64,000 nt of DNA, from positions 74,390-138,389 of the forward strand of contig CAZUOM010000001.1 in the NCBI GenBank assembly GCA_964621305.1, in the 5' to 3' direction. This DNA is from an uncultured Gammaproteobacteria bacterium. Its GTDB lineage: Bacteria > Patescibacteriota > Microgenomatia > UBA10105 > UBA927. Within the stretch, counting starts at the first letter, position 1. Each line of letters starts with the position of its first letter. The position numbers and the translations under genes are program-made. The notes below the pieces were generated by a model. It searched no databases. It was not told the DNA's origin and saw only the letters and a list, made by a program, of their open reading frames with translations. This document shows positions 1-8,593 of this stretch, in pieces.

Positions 1-7
1 TCGCAAA

Positions 8-85
8 AATCTCAATATCCAAATCTCAAATCCCAATAAGAATCCTCTTACAAAGTTGGTCATTGTGATTTGAGGATTGTGATTT
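8..85. repeat. Inverted pair of degenerate heptamer tandem arrays (AAATCYC-type / TTGWGAT-type) forming an imperfect hairpin
   Basis: aaatctc-aatatcc-aaatctc-aaatccc (8-35) is roughly complementary to ttggtca-ttgtgat-ttgagga-ttgtgat (56-83); lies just past the stop of the MBL gene. Confidence 0.7.
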
Positions 86-729
86 TATTCAAGAACTACA
101 ACCTGCAGCTCTTCAGGCAGTTTGTCCTTCAAGGTGGACAATTTTGGTTGTGCAACGATGTCTTCTTTGCCCATTTCTTTGAGAAATGCAGGCAAGGGTG
201 CTAATGATCCAAATACTGCTTGATCTAGATCCGGCCGACCATAATGCATAGGAATGACTATAGAAGGCTCCAACTCGTGAATAATGCTTGCAGCCCTATC
301 AACATCAATGGTATAAAAACCTCCAACTGGCACGAGTAAAATGTCCACGCCGTCCAAACTTTCCACTTCTTGGGCTGAAAGCGTGTGACCCAAGTCTCCC
401 AAATGAACAATATTGATTCCATCTATTTCCATGCGAAAGATCGTATTTCGGCCACGCTTAGATCCTTTTTCACTATCGTGAAAGACGCCAATACCAATGA
501 TACTTACACCTGCGATCTCATATTCGCCAGGGCCCCGGATAATTTTGGGTGTGCCTTCGATCGCAGCTGCCACATTGTGGTCTTCATGTTCATGGCTGAT
601 AGTGACAATATCGGCCGTGATATGCTTCGGAAACTTGAGACCAATGTCGTTGGAATAAGGGTCTGTAATAACAGTCACATTCTTACCGCGAATCTTAAAT
701 GAAGAATGACCAAAGTAAACAATTTCCAT
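85..729 (-). CDS. MBL-fold metallo-hydrolase (Zn-dependent, beta-lactamase B_3-like)
   Basis: GHSSF, TDPY, SHEHEDH, HLGD and PMHY motifs. Confidence 0.9.
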   Translation of the reverse strand: MEIVYFGHSSFKIRGKNVTVITDPYSNDIGLKFPKHITADIVTISHEHEDHNVAAAIEGTPKIIRGPGEYEIAGVSIIGIGVFHDSEKGSKRGRNTIFRMEIDGINIVHLGDLGHTLSAQEVESLDGVDILLVPVGGFYTIDVDRAASIIHELEPSIVIPMHYGRPDLDQAVFGSLAPLPAFLKEMGKEDIVAQPKLSTLKDKLPEELQVVVLE

Positions 730-791
730 AGTACTTGCAAGTTATAACAGATTCATCTATGCTATGGCAACCCCTGCCGTTCGTACTACTT

Positions 792-1223
792 ATGAGTAAA
801 GACGCACTTTTAGCTACACTCATCGGCCTGGGAATAGGACTACTTATTACCGGTGTAATCGTTGCAGGCCCAAAGATCGTGAGCGCATTGCCGAGGATTT
901 CAATTCCCACCATTAGTCTTCCGAAAAAATCTAAGCCAGTCGCAACACCAACGCCTACACAAGAAGCAGTTGCCCTGACCATTGTAAGTCCTACTCCTGA
1001 ATCTGTTGTTGCCGCGCCTGAGCTTCTGGTTTCCGGGACGGCTCCGATACGATCAATCGTCCTCCTGCAGGGACCCGCAGACGAAGATGTCATAATAACT
1101 GATGCCAGTGGAAAGTATGCAGGAAACATTACATTGTCTGAAGGGAAAAACGATGTGACAGTCACAAGCTACACCGCCAACGACCAGGATGCCAAATCAG
1201 TCGTCGTCTTTTATATTCCATAA
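792..1223 (+). CDS. Membrane-anchored protein with Pro/Thr linker and C-terminal Ig-like domain
   Basis: N-terminal TM (ALLATLIGLGIGLLITG), TPTP linker, beta-rich SG..GKY..NITLSEGKNDVTV; start chosen at ATG 792. Confidence 0.7.
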   Translation: MSKDALLATLIGLGIGLLITGVIVAGPKIVSALPRISIPTISLPKKSKPVATPTPTQEAVALTIVSPTPESVVAAPELLVSGTAPIRSIVLLQGPADEDVIITDASGKYAGNITLSEGKNDVTVTSYTANDQDAKSVVVFYIP

Positions 1224-1228
1224 GTCGT

Positions 1229-1933
1229 ATGAACAAAATTTTTACCATCGTGATAAGTTTTATCATCGTCGCTTCAAACGCAATGGCGGCAACTAACGTT
1301 TCTACCAAATCAAGCAATCTCGACGATCTCAAAGAAAGGCTGGCAACAAAAGTTGCCCAACTTCGTACGAGTGAAAATCGTGCGTTTTTTGGCCTGGTTA
1401 AAAGTAAAACGGTGGCCACGTTCGTTATAGAAACAAAAACAAAGGACATCAAAATAGATATCCCTGACGATGTCACAGTAGCCCGGTACCTTCAAAAGAA
1501 GCGAGTCAATCTAACTATGGAAGATGTTGCAAAGGGGGAACTTGTAACCGTCTACGGCGAGTATGACACCACGCTTGAACTGCTCAAAGCTTCCTTTATT
1601 CTTATCGAGTCAGCCTCACCACTTCGCCTTTCCGGCACAGTTAGCTCCATCGACCCGAAAGATTTCTCCTTAATGCTCGCCACCAGAACAGGACAAATAT
1701 ATATAGTCGATATCGAAACGACCACCAAAGTTACCCGCTGGGACAAAACCCATAAGTTTGCAAAGTCAGGGTTTTCCAAAATGGTCGAAGGCGAAACCAT
1801 CCACGTCGTCGGCACTCCGGTTCCCAAAAAAGACAATCGCATTAGCGCTATCCGCATCCTCAACCTGGGTAACCCGATCGGAGAAGCTCCTCCAAAACTC
1901 GAGGAATCAACCCCCTCGGCTACAACAAGGTAA
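1229..1933 (+). CDS. Secreted hypothetical protein with two OB-fold-like (DUF5666-like) repeats
   Basis: Signal peptide; two G-x-V...GE-x-V-x-V-x-G beta repeats. Confidence 0.65.
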   Translation: MNKIFTIVISFIIVASNAMAATNVSTKSSNLDDLKERLATKVAQLRTSENRAFFGLVKSKTVATFVIETKTKDIKIDIPDDVTVARYLQKKRVNLTMEDVAKGELVTVYGEYDTTLELLKASFILIESASPLRLSGTVSSIDPKDFSLMLATRTGQIYIVDIETTTKVTRWDKTHKFAKSGFSKMVEGETIHVVGTPVPKKDNRISAIRILNLGNPIGEAPPKLEESTPSATTR

Positions 1934-2201
1934 TATGAAACACCCTGCCGGAGTTATAAAAATTACTAAATCTAATATTTCGCTACCCGAACAAAGCCGT
2001 ATTACCGGCTACTTTCCTCCAAGATTTGCTTTTAACCGCTGATCCCAAAACAACAGTCGGTTGGCCAGCTATCAATAGCTTGTCAACTTCAATCTGAACC
2101 AAAAAATATTCCTCAAGAAATGTGCAGGGACAATATTCTGGCTTTTGTGATGCGCGTAATGGTATAGTAATCTACACTAATTGGCTGGATGACATCCCCA
2201 G

Positions 2202-3356
2202 ATGACTAATATGAATGACAAAAACATAATAAATTTATTTCATGACTCTGATGCCCTGCTCATCACCAACCTAACAAATATCCGTTACCTGACGAACTTT
2301 GTTGGTGCGGCGCCGGAGGAAAGGGAAGCGTATGTGATGGTTGCACGAGATGAAGCCTTTTTGTTTACCAATAAGCTTTATTTAGAACAAACAAAGGCAA
2401 TCGGATTGTTAAATTGTTACATTGTTAAATTGCTGAAAAGCAAAAAACCTTTACAAATAATTGAAATTTCGAGGGAAAACCCGTTTGCCGTGGGTCTTGC
2501 TGAAGTTCTGAAAAGGTCTCACCTTGCCAAACCGCAAGGTGAGACCTTAAAAGGCATTCGTCTGGGATATGAGGAGAACGATCTGACGGTAGCGGAGTAC
2601 GAAAAACTGAAGCGCGAACTAAAAGGAGTGAAACTCGCGCCGACGAGGGGGCGCGTTGAGGAACTGCGAATGATTAAACGCGAAGATGAAATTGAAAATA
2701 TACGGCTGGCGGCAAAAATCACGGACGAATGTTTCGATTTTATTCTTGGGAAAATCAAGCCAGGCATCACCGAGTCGGAGATTGCCTGGGAGATCGAATC
2801 GTTTTTTCGCAAACGCGCAGCGGAGATAGCTTTCTCTCCCATCGTGGCATTCGGAACCCACACAAGTCAGCCGCATTACTCTGCAAGGACTCTCCTTGCG
2901 AAGCTGCAAGGAGAGTCCTTGAAAAACCAAGACATCGCGCTTTTGGATTTTGGTGCGTGCGTAAATGGATATTGCAGCGACATGACGCGAGTCGTTTTTA
3001 CGGGTAAGCCAACCGACGAATGGAAACGAGCATACACGACTGTTTCGGAAGCGCAATCAGTTGCATTGGAAAATATACACCATAACCCTGATAAACGATC
3101 ACGGGAGTTTATCCGAAAAGCAGGTTTCCCTCCCTACTGCCACTCCCTCGGCCACGGCGTGGGTCTAGCTATTCACGAACAGCCGCGACTTTCGTATAAA
3201 AAAGAAGTCAAGCTTTTACCGAGTATGGTCGTCACGATCGAGCCGGCAATCTACGTCGAAGGCAGATATGGCATCCGCATCGAAGATTTGGTACTCTTGA
3301 AAAAAGATGGTGTTGAAATACTTTCAAAATCACCAAAACTGCTGACAATCTTATGA
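2202..3356 (+). CDS. Xaa-Pro peptidase / aminopeptidase P (M24B), carrying three repeat-derived in-frame insertions
   Basis: NIRYLT, DFG..GYCSDMTR, HSLGHGVG..HE, TIEPAIY, GIRIED. Confidence 0.93.
   Translation: MTNMNDKNIINLFHDSDALLITNLTNIRYLTNFVGAAPEEREAYVMVARDEAFLFTNKLYLEQTKAIGLLNCYIVKLLKSKKPLQIIEISRENPFAVGLAEVLKRSHLAKPQGETLKGIRLGYEENDLTVAEYEKLKRELKGVKLAPTRGRVEELRMIKREDEIENIRLAAKITDECFDFILGKIKPGITESEIAWEIESFFRKRAAEIAFSPIVAFGTHTSQPHYSARTLLAKLQGESLKNQDIALLDFGACVNGYCSDMTRVVFTGKPTDEWKRAYTTVSEAQSVALENIHHNPDKRSREFIRKAGFPPYCHSLGHGVGLAIHEQPRLSYKKEVKLLPSMVVTIEPAIYVEGRYGIRIEDLVLLKKDGVEILSKSPKLLTIL
2405..2436. repeat. Octamer tandem array ATTGYTAM x4, in-frame inside the peptidase (LLNCYIVKLLK)
   Basis: attgttaa attgttac attgttaa attgctga. 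Confidence 0.85.
2513..2548. repeat. Palindromic REP-doublet-like element, copy A (in coding sequence)
   Basis: AAGG TCTCA CCTTGC-CAAACC-GCAAGG TGAGA CCTT, perfect 15-bp arms. Confidence 0.9.
2884..2921. repeat. Palindromic REP-doublet-like element, copy B (in coding sequence)
   Basis: CAAGG ACTCT CCTTGC-GAAGCT-GCAAGG AGAGT CCTTG, perfect 16-bp arms. Confidence 0.9.
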
Positions 3357-4552
3357 ACATACAAACACTCAAGGGTTTTCGAGATTTTTTGCCGGAAGAT
3401 GCAGCCAAACGCAAGTGGCTGCGGGATAAATTGGCTGCCATCTGTGAAGCGTGGGGGTTTGAACCGCTTGAGACGCCGACGCTCGAGCCTCTTGAAATAT
3501 TTGCCGGCGCCATCGGTGAAGACGAGAAACTATTTTTCAAATTTAAAGACCCGGGCGACCGCGACGTAGCGTTGAGATACGATCAAACCGTTCCAACATG
3601 CCGTGTCGTCGCCCGATATCAAAACGAACTCACCTTCCCCTTCAAGCGCTACCAAATCCAACCTGCCTTCCGAGCCGAGAAGCCGCAAAAAGGAAGATAT
3701 CGTGAATTCACACAGGTTGATGCGGATATTTTCGGAGTCAAAACGCGAGACGCTGACGCAGAAACAATTGCTCTTTCGCTAGACATCTATCGTCAACTTG
3801 GTTTCAAACAGGCAATCGTCCGCATCAATTCGAGAAATTTATTTCAGAATATTCCATACGAAGCACTTGTTGCTATCGATAAGATTAAAAAAATTGGGCA
3901 AGACGGAGTGCTAGCCGAAATGGAAAAGCGCAATATCAAAATTGAAAAAGCAAAAGAATATCTCTCGCTTGTCAAAAACTTAAAACCCAACGAGGAAATC
4001 GATTTCATTCTCAAGTATCTAAAGAATTACGGTTTCTCTGATGACTGGTATGTGTTTGATCCCACAATTGCTCGATCTTTTTCTTATTCAATGGGCCCAA
4101 TTTGGGAAATAGAAATACCGGAAACCGGCGGACTTTCGGTCCTTGGGGGCGAACGATATGATGGGCTGGTTGAAAAACTCGCCGGTTGCGACATCGGTGG
4201 CACTGGTTTTGCTGTTGGGTTTGACCGGACGCTCGAGGCCGCGGAACTGCTCGGCCTGCTTCCACAATTAACAACGAGCGGCGAGATACTAGTAACAGTT
4301 TTTTCCGAAGGCCTCCTTGCCGAGTCACAAAAATTAGCCAGAGAGTTGCGGGACAACTGTTTATCGGTCGACCTCTATACAACACCGGACAAACTAGATA
4401 AGCAACTCAAATATGCGGATAAAAAGGGTATCCCTTATGTTGTCATCCAGGGGCCTGATGAAGCAGTTAGAAACGTGGTTAAGCTTAAAAATATGAAGGC
4501 ACAAACGCAAGAGGAGTTGCCACTTGAAGCAGTCATTACAAAATTAAAATAG
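3353..4552 (+). CDS. hisS: Histidine--tRNA ligase
   Basis: KGFRDFLP, LRYDQT, FRAEKPQKGRYREFTQ, GGERYDGL, GFAVGFDR, anticodon-binding domain. Confidence 0.97.
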   Translation: MNIQTLKGFRDFLPEDAAKRKWLRDKLAAICEAWGFEPLETPTLEPLEIFAGAIGEDEKLFFKFKDPGDRDVALRYDQTVPTCRVVARYQNELTFPFKRYQIQPAFRAEKPQKGRYREFTQVDADIFGVKTRDADAETIALSLDIYRQLGFKQAIVRINSRNLFQNIPYEALVAIDKIKKIGQDGVLAEMEKRNIKIEKAKEYLSLVKNLKPNEEIDFILKYLKNYGFSDDWYVFDPTIARSFSYSMGPIWEIEIPETGGLSVLGGERYDGLVEKLAGCDIGGTGFAVGFDRTLEAAELLGLLPQLTTSGEILVTVFSEGLLAESQKLARELRDNCLSVDLYTTPDKLDKQLKYADKKGIPYVVIQGPDEAVRNVVKLKNMKAQTQEELPLEAVITKLK

Positions 4553-4554
4553 TA

Positions 4555-5568
4555 ATGAAATTTTCTCCTGTCCAAAAAGCATTCGCGGCCCTTATTGTAG
4601 CCAACGTAATCTGGGGTGCGGGTAGTCCCATCTTCAAGCTTGCTCTCCAAAGCGTCCCACTGTTTACTCTTGCATTTCTTCGCTTTTGCCTCGGTGCGTT
4701 TATACTTCTCGTCATTCTTCGCTCCAAAATTTTCTTCACCGTCCACCAAAAAAAAGACGTATTCCTCCTCGTTGCATACGCACTCTTCGGAATCACCCTG
4801 AACATACTGTTCTTTTTCCTCGGGCTGCAGACGACCCTAGCAATAAACGCCGGAATAATCGTATCCAGCACTCCGGTGCTCACGCTGTTTTTTGCCATGA
4901 TTTTTCTCCGTGAGTCTTTCTCTCTAAAGAAATTTTTTGGCGCGCTTCTTGGCCTTTTCGGTATCGTACTTATTATCTTTCAGCCTCTTCTCCATACTGG
5001 TCTGGACAGCTCTGTTGCCGGCAACCTCTTTATACTTCTGGCAACCCTTGCCTGGGTTGCAGCGTTAGTCATCGGACGGGATTTGTTTAAACAGTACTCG
5101 CCGCTCATGCTCACTTTCTGGGCGTTTGTGATTGCTGCTGCAAGCTTTCTCCCGCTTGCAATCCGCGACTATCTCACTAGCCCTCTGCTTTATTCCTCTC
5201 TGAGTTTGCCGGGGATATTCGGAATATTATGGGGAGCGATTTTCTCCTCCGCAGCAGCGTATTCGCTTAATGCCTGGGGGCTTTCAAAGGTAAGCGCGAC
5301 AGATACTGCAATGTTTACGTATATCGACCCGTTAGCCGGTGCAGTGCTTTCCGTACTATTGTTGAGCGAGCCGATCACTGGCTTCTTCCTCCTGGGGTCG
5401 CTGCTTATTTTCTCTGGCATTGGCATAGCCGAAGGCCGCCTCCACTACCACCCGATACGTAAACTTTCTGCTACCCACAAACCGCCGCCCAGGCAGTCAA
5501 AGAAAAAGCAAACAATTCCACCACCCAACCGCTCCGAAGTCCTCCAAAAAATCTTCAAACCTTCGTAG
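4555..5568 (+). CDS. DMT/EamA family transporter
   Basis: About 10 hydrophobic helices in two EamA repeats (IWG..K, LAFLRF, FLRE; LLSEP). Confidence 0.9.
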   Translation: MKFSPVQKAFAALIVANVIWGAGSPIFKLALQSVPLFTLAFLRFCLGAFILLVILRSKIFFTVHQKKDVFLLVAYALFGITLNILFFFLGLQTTLAINAGIIVSSTPVLTLFFAMIFLRESFSLKKFFGALLGLFGIVLIIFQPLLHTGLDSSVAGNLFILLATLAWVAALVIGRDLFKQYSPLMLTFWAFVIAAASFLPLAIRDYLTSPLLYSSLSLPGIFGILWGAIFSSAAAYSLNAWGLSKVSATDTAMFTYIDPLAGAVLSVLLLSEPITGFFLLGSLLIFSGIGIAEGRLHYHPIRKLSATHKPPPRQSKKKQTIPPPNRSEVLQKIFKPS

Positions 5569-5604
5569 CTTCTACTTAAGAAAGAAACATGTTAAAATAA
5601 AGAA

Positions 5605-5916
5605 ATGAAGCAGACTATTCACCCCCAGTGGTATCCGAATGCGACCGTCAGCTGTACATGCGGCAATACGTTTACCGTCGGGGCAACGACGGATACGATC
5701 AAGGTGGAAATCTGTTCCAACTGCCACCCGTTTTTTACCGGAGAGATGAAGTTTGTCGATACCATGGGAAGAGTCGAGCGCTTCCAGAAAAAGCAGCAGG
5801 TCGGTGCGCAAATGGCCAGTGTCTTATCTGACAAAAAGAAGAAAAAGAAAGAACGTGAAGAAGCAAGAGCCCGCGCCCCTAAAAGCCTCAAGGAAATGCT
5901 GATGGGGTTGCAGTAG
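5605..5916 (+). CDS. rpmE: 50S ribosomal protein L31 (Zn-binding type) with C-terminal extension
   Basis: MKQTIHPQW, CTCGN, CSNCHPFFTG, DTMGRVERF. Confidence 0.96.
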   Translation: MKQTIHPQWYPNATVSCTCGNTFTVGATTDTIKVEICSNCHPFFTGEMKFVDTMGRVERFQKKQQVGAQMASVLSDKKKKKKEREEARARAPKSLKEMLMGLQ

Positions 5917-5922
5917 ATCTCC

Positions 5923-6621
5923 ATGAATTCCGATGTCGCTATTCTCGAGTTTCGTCCCGGCCCTGGCGGCGAGGAGGCCAAAATTTGGGCACGGGATCTC
6001 ATGCGTCTGTACACGCGCTACGCTAATCTTCTTGGTTGGAAAGTAGAAGAGCTCGACGACATGGTCATTAGAATCCGCGGGCCGCAGGCATTCACCAAGC
6101 TTCAGTACGAGGCCGGCACCCACCGCGTGCAACGAATTCCAACAACCGAGCGCCATGGGAGGATCCACACGTCAACGGCAACAGTCGCGGTTCTGCCGGA
6201 AATTGCCGAAAGCGAAGTTGTCGTCCGGCCGGACGACATTGAGTGGGACTTTTTTCGAAGCGGAGGCAAAGGCGGGCAGAATGTAAATAAAGTAAGCTCG
6301 GCGGTGCGCATCCGGCACAAACCCACGGGTATCGTCGTTTCCGCCCAGACCGAGCGCGACCAATACCAGAATCGTCAAATGGCCCTTTCCATGCTACGAG
6401 CCAAACTCTGGGAACAAGAGGCGATGCGAAGTGCGCAAATGCTAAGCGACAGTCGAAGTATCATCGGAAGGGGTATGCGAGCGGAAAAAATCAGAACGTA
6501 CAACTTCCCGCAAAATCGTGTCACCGATCACCGTATTAATAAATCGTGGCACAATTTGGAAGACATTGTCGACGGAAAAATGCAAAAAGTTACTGAGGCG
6601 CTTTTTGGTTCCACTTCATAA
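5923..6621 (+). CDS. prfA: Peptide chain release factor 1 lacking N-terminal domain 1
   Basis: GGEEA, EAGTHRVQRIPTTE (PxT), GGKGGQNVNK, EKIRTYNFPQNRVTDHRI; directly follows rpmE. Confidence 0.9.
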   Translation: MNSDVAILEFRPGPGGEEAKIWARDLMRLYTRYANLLGWKVEELDDMVIRIRGPQAFTKLQYEAGTHRVQRIPTTERHGRIHTSTATVAVLPEIAESEVVVRPDDIEWDFFRSGGKGGQNVNKVSSAVRIRHKPTGIVVSAQTERDQYQNRQMALSMLRAKLWEQEAMRSAQMLSDSRSIIGRGMRAEKIRTYNFPQNRVTDHRINKSWHNLEDIVDGKMQKVTEALFGSTS

Positions 6622-6631
6622 CTCCCCCTGA

Positions 6632-6654
6632 CCCCCTCTTAGAGTAAGAGGGGG
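6632..6654. repeat. GC-rich hairpin CCCCCTCTTA-GAG-TAAGAGGGGG between convergent genes (terminator or REP-like)
   Basis: Perfect 10-bp inverted repeat. Confidence 0.7.
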
Positions 6655-6674
6655 GAAATAGTAATTATTACCCC

Positions 6675-6839
6675 TTATTCCTTGGTGCCATGTTTCTTCG
6701 TGCCTTTTCCGTCGTAGCGCTCCAATATCGCAGCAGGCCGGCCATTTTTTGTGACGAGAAATCTTTCGTTGTTGTAGTAACAACGATCCATCAGCTCAAA
6801 AAATTTGTTCCTGGCATCGGTTGCCGAAAGCGTTATCAT
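6675..6839 (-). CDS. Orphan Phd/YefM-family antitoxin
   Basis: MITLSATDARNKFFELMD...FLVTKNGRPAAIL; start at 6839 follows the promoter. Confidence 0.85.
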   Translation of the reverse strand: MITLSATDARNKFFELMDRCYYNNERFLVTKNGRPAAILERYDGKGTKKHGTKE

Positions 6840-6877
6840 AGTGTACAAAGTGTACACTGAAGAAACTGTTTTGTCAA
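6840..6877 (-). promoter_or_regulatory. Sigma70 promoter with tandem TGTACA palindromic operator (antitoxin autoregulation)
   Basis: TTGACA-17-TACACT, overlapped by two TGTACA palindromes. Confidence 0.7.
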
Positions 6878-7434
6878 GCGGCGCGCGTGTCACCAACCGC
6901 CGGATCAACCAGGGCTGTCACAATTGGGATTCCTCTTTTTATGAGTTTAGGCTGCAATTGTGCATAGAACTCCTCCATAGATTTTTGAAATTGCAAAATT
7001 GTGGCTGCCTCTTTTAAATCATCTGTCGTCCAGTCAATTTTTTTCTCCTCAACACCTAAAGCCCAGCTAACTTGTTTTCCCCAATCGTTTTTAATTTCTC
7101 GCTCTCCCATCTTGTACGATGTCGCCTGACAAGTAACCAATTGACCAAGCACATTCATTGTTAGAGTGTTGATTCCTCTTTGTAAACCAAAATTATCAAC
7201 ATAACTAGTTCCCAATAATCCACAAAACTCAAAATATGCTTTGTAAGCATCTCCTCTGTCTGGCAATAAATTCAACTTTTCTCTTATTAAAACCACAGCC
7301 CTTGCCAAGTTTCTAGGGATATGAGTCATGATAAATTTATCGACCTGATAAATTTGTGGCTCAGGAGGCAATAACCGCCGCAAGGACCAACCTATCTGAT
7401 CACCAATATAATCTCTTCCCTGATCTTCTGCCAT
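6874..7434 (-). CDS. Hypothetical protein (AT-rich)
   Basis: 186-aa ORF directly downstream of the HtrA-type protease gene; no motif recognised. Confidence 0.6.
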   Translation of the reverse strand: MAEDQGRDYIGDQIGWSLRRLLPPEPQIYQVDKFIMTHIPRNLARAVVLIREKLNLLPDRGDAYKAYFEFCGLLGTSYVDNFGLQRGINTLTMNVLGQLVTCQATSYKMGEREIKNDWGKQVSWALGVEEKKIDWTTDDLKEAATILQFQKSMEEFYAQLQPKLIKRGIPIVTALVDPAVGDTRAA

Positions 7435-7439
7435 ATTTA

Positions 7440-8588
7440 TTACTCCCCCTGATTCCCCAGCGTCACCTTAATCGCCAGTTCTTTGCTGTCGCGCCAGACG
7501 GAGAAGGTTACACTGTCCCCCACTTTTTTCTTGCTGATTGCGCGAGCCAGGTCGTTATCGCTGGTTAATTTTTGGTCGTCAAATTTGGTGATGATGTCTT
7601 CGGCCTGAACTCCCGCTTTTTCTGCAGGACTATTGTCAACAACCTCTACGATGTAAGCTCCCTCGGGAATTTCATTTAGTACGGAAAGCTGGCGAGTGAT
7701 CATGCGGTACTGAACACCGAGGAACGGACGGTTAAACTGGCCTGTCTGTTTGAAGTTAGCGAGAGCATCTTTGACCACATTGATGGGGATGGCAAAACCG
7801 ATATTTTCGCCCGCTCCAGCTATTGCAGTATTAATACCCACCACCTCGCCTTTAGAGTTAAGGAGCGGCCCGCCGGAGTTACCGGGGTTAATCGCCGCAT
7901 CGGTTTGAATGACGTTGTCGAGGCGTTCCACATAGCTCTCGAATGGACTGCCTGCTTCAATTCCCCGACCAACACCCGAGATGACCCCTGTGGTTACTGT
8001 ATGACGAAATTCACCCAAGGCGGTGCCGATGGCTATAGCCAGTTGGCCAACCTTAATCTTGGTTGAGTCGCCCAGCGTAACTGTCGGCAGTCCACCGGCC
8101 TCAATTTTAAGTATAGCCAGATCGTTGGCCGGGTCACGGTAAATTTTTGTTACATCATAGCTTTTATCATCCTTGGTGATCACTTTATATTTGCTATCCG
8201 CTGCTCCCACCACGTGTTTGTTGGTGACGACCAAACCGTCGCTTTCTACGATAAATCCGCTACCGATGTCCTGCTCTATTTTCTGTGTTTTTCCCGGCCT
8301 GCGTTGAAACGGACTAAACGGATCAAATGGATTGATTTCAAAAATATCACTCAGCCGCCGCGTCTGAGTAATGCCGACGGTAACAACCGCAGGCGAAATT
8401 TTATCGACCACGTCGATGACGACGGATTCTTCGTTGACGACTTTCACCGTGCTCCCATTGCCAGTAAAAGACGGCGGCAGTTGCCGACTGACTTTGGGAA
8501 ACGTCCAGCCGAACTTTCCCGAGGAAGCAACCCCGCCGGCAATAAGCACCGCGGCAGCAATTCCGATGATGATTTTTTGTGCGTTCAT
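7440..8588 (-). CDS. HtrA/DegP-type serine protease with PDZ domain
   Basis: GSGFI, TNKHV, DLAILKI, IQTDAAINPGNSGGPL, C-terminal PDZ. Confidence 0.95.
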   Translation of the reverse strand: MNAQKIIIGIAAAVLIAGGVASSGKFGWTFPKVSRQLPPSFTGNGSTVKVVNEESVVIDVVDKISPAVVTVGITQTRRLSDIFEINPFDPFSPFQRRPGKTQKIEQDIGSGFIVESDGLVVTNKHVVGAADSKYKVITKDDKSYDVTKIYRDPANDLAILKIEAGGLPTVTLGDSTKIKVGQLAIAIGTALGEFRHTVTTGVISGVGRGIEAGSPFESYVERLDNVIQTDAAINPGNSGGPLLNSKGEVVGINTAIAGAGENIGFAIPINVVKDALANFKQTGQFNRPFLGVQYRMITRQLSVLNEIPEGAYIVEVVDNSPAEKAGVQAEDIITKFDDQKLTSDNDLARAISKKKVGDSVTFSVWRDSKELAIKVTLGNQGE

Positions 8589-8593
8589 TATGT

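Noticed and set aside
1934-2200. Possible gene remnant or ncRNA in the intergenic region
   Set aside because: No recognisable motif or convincing structure by eye.
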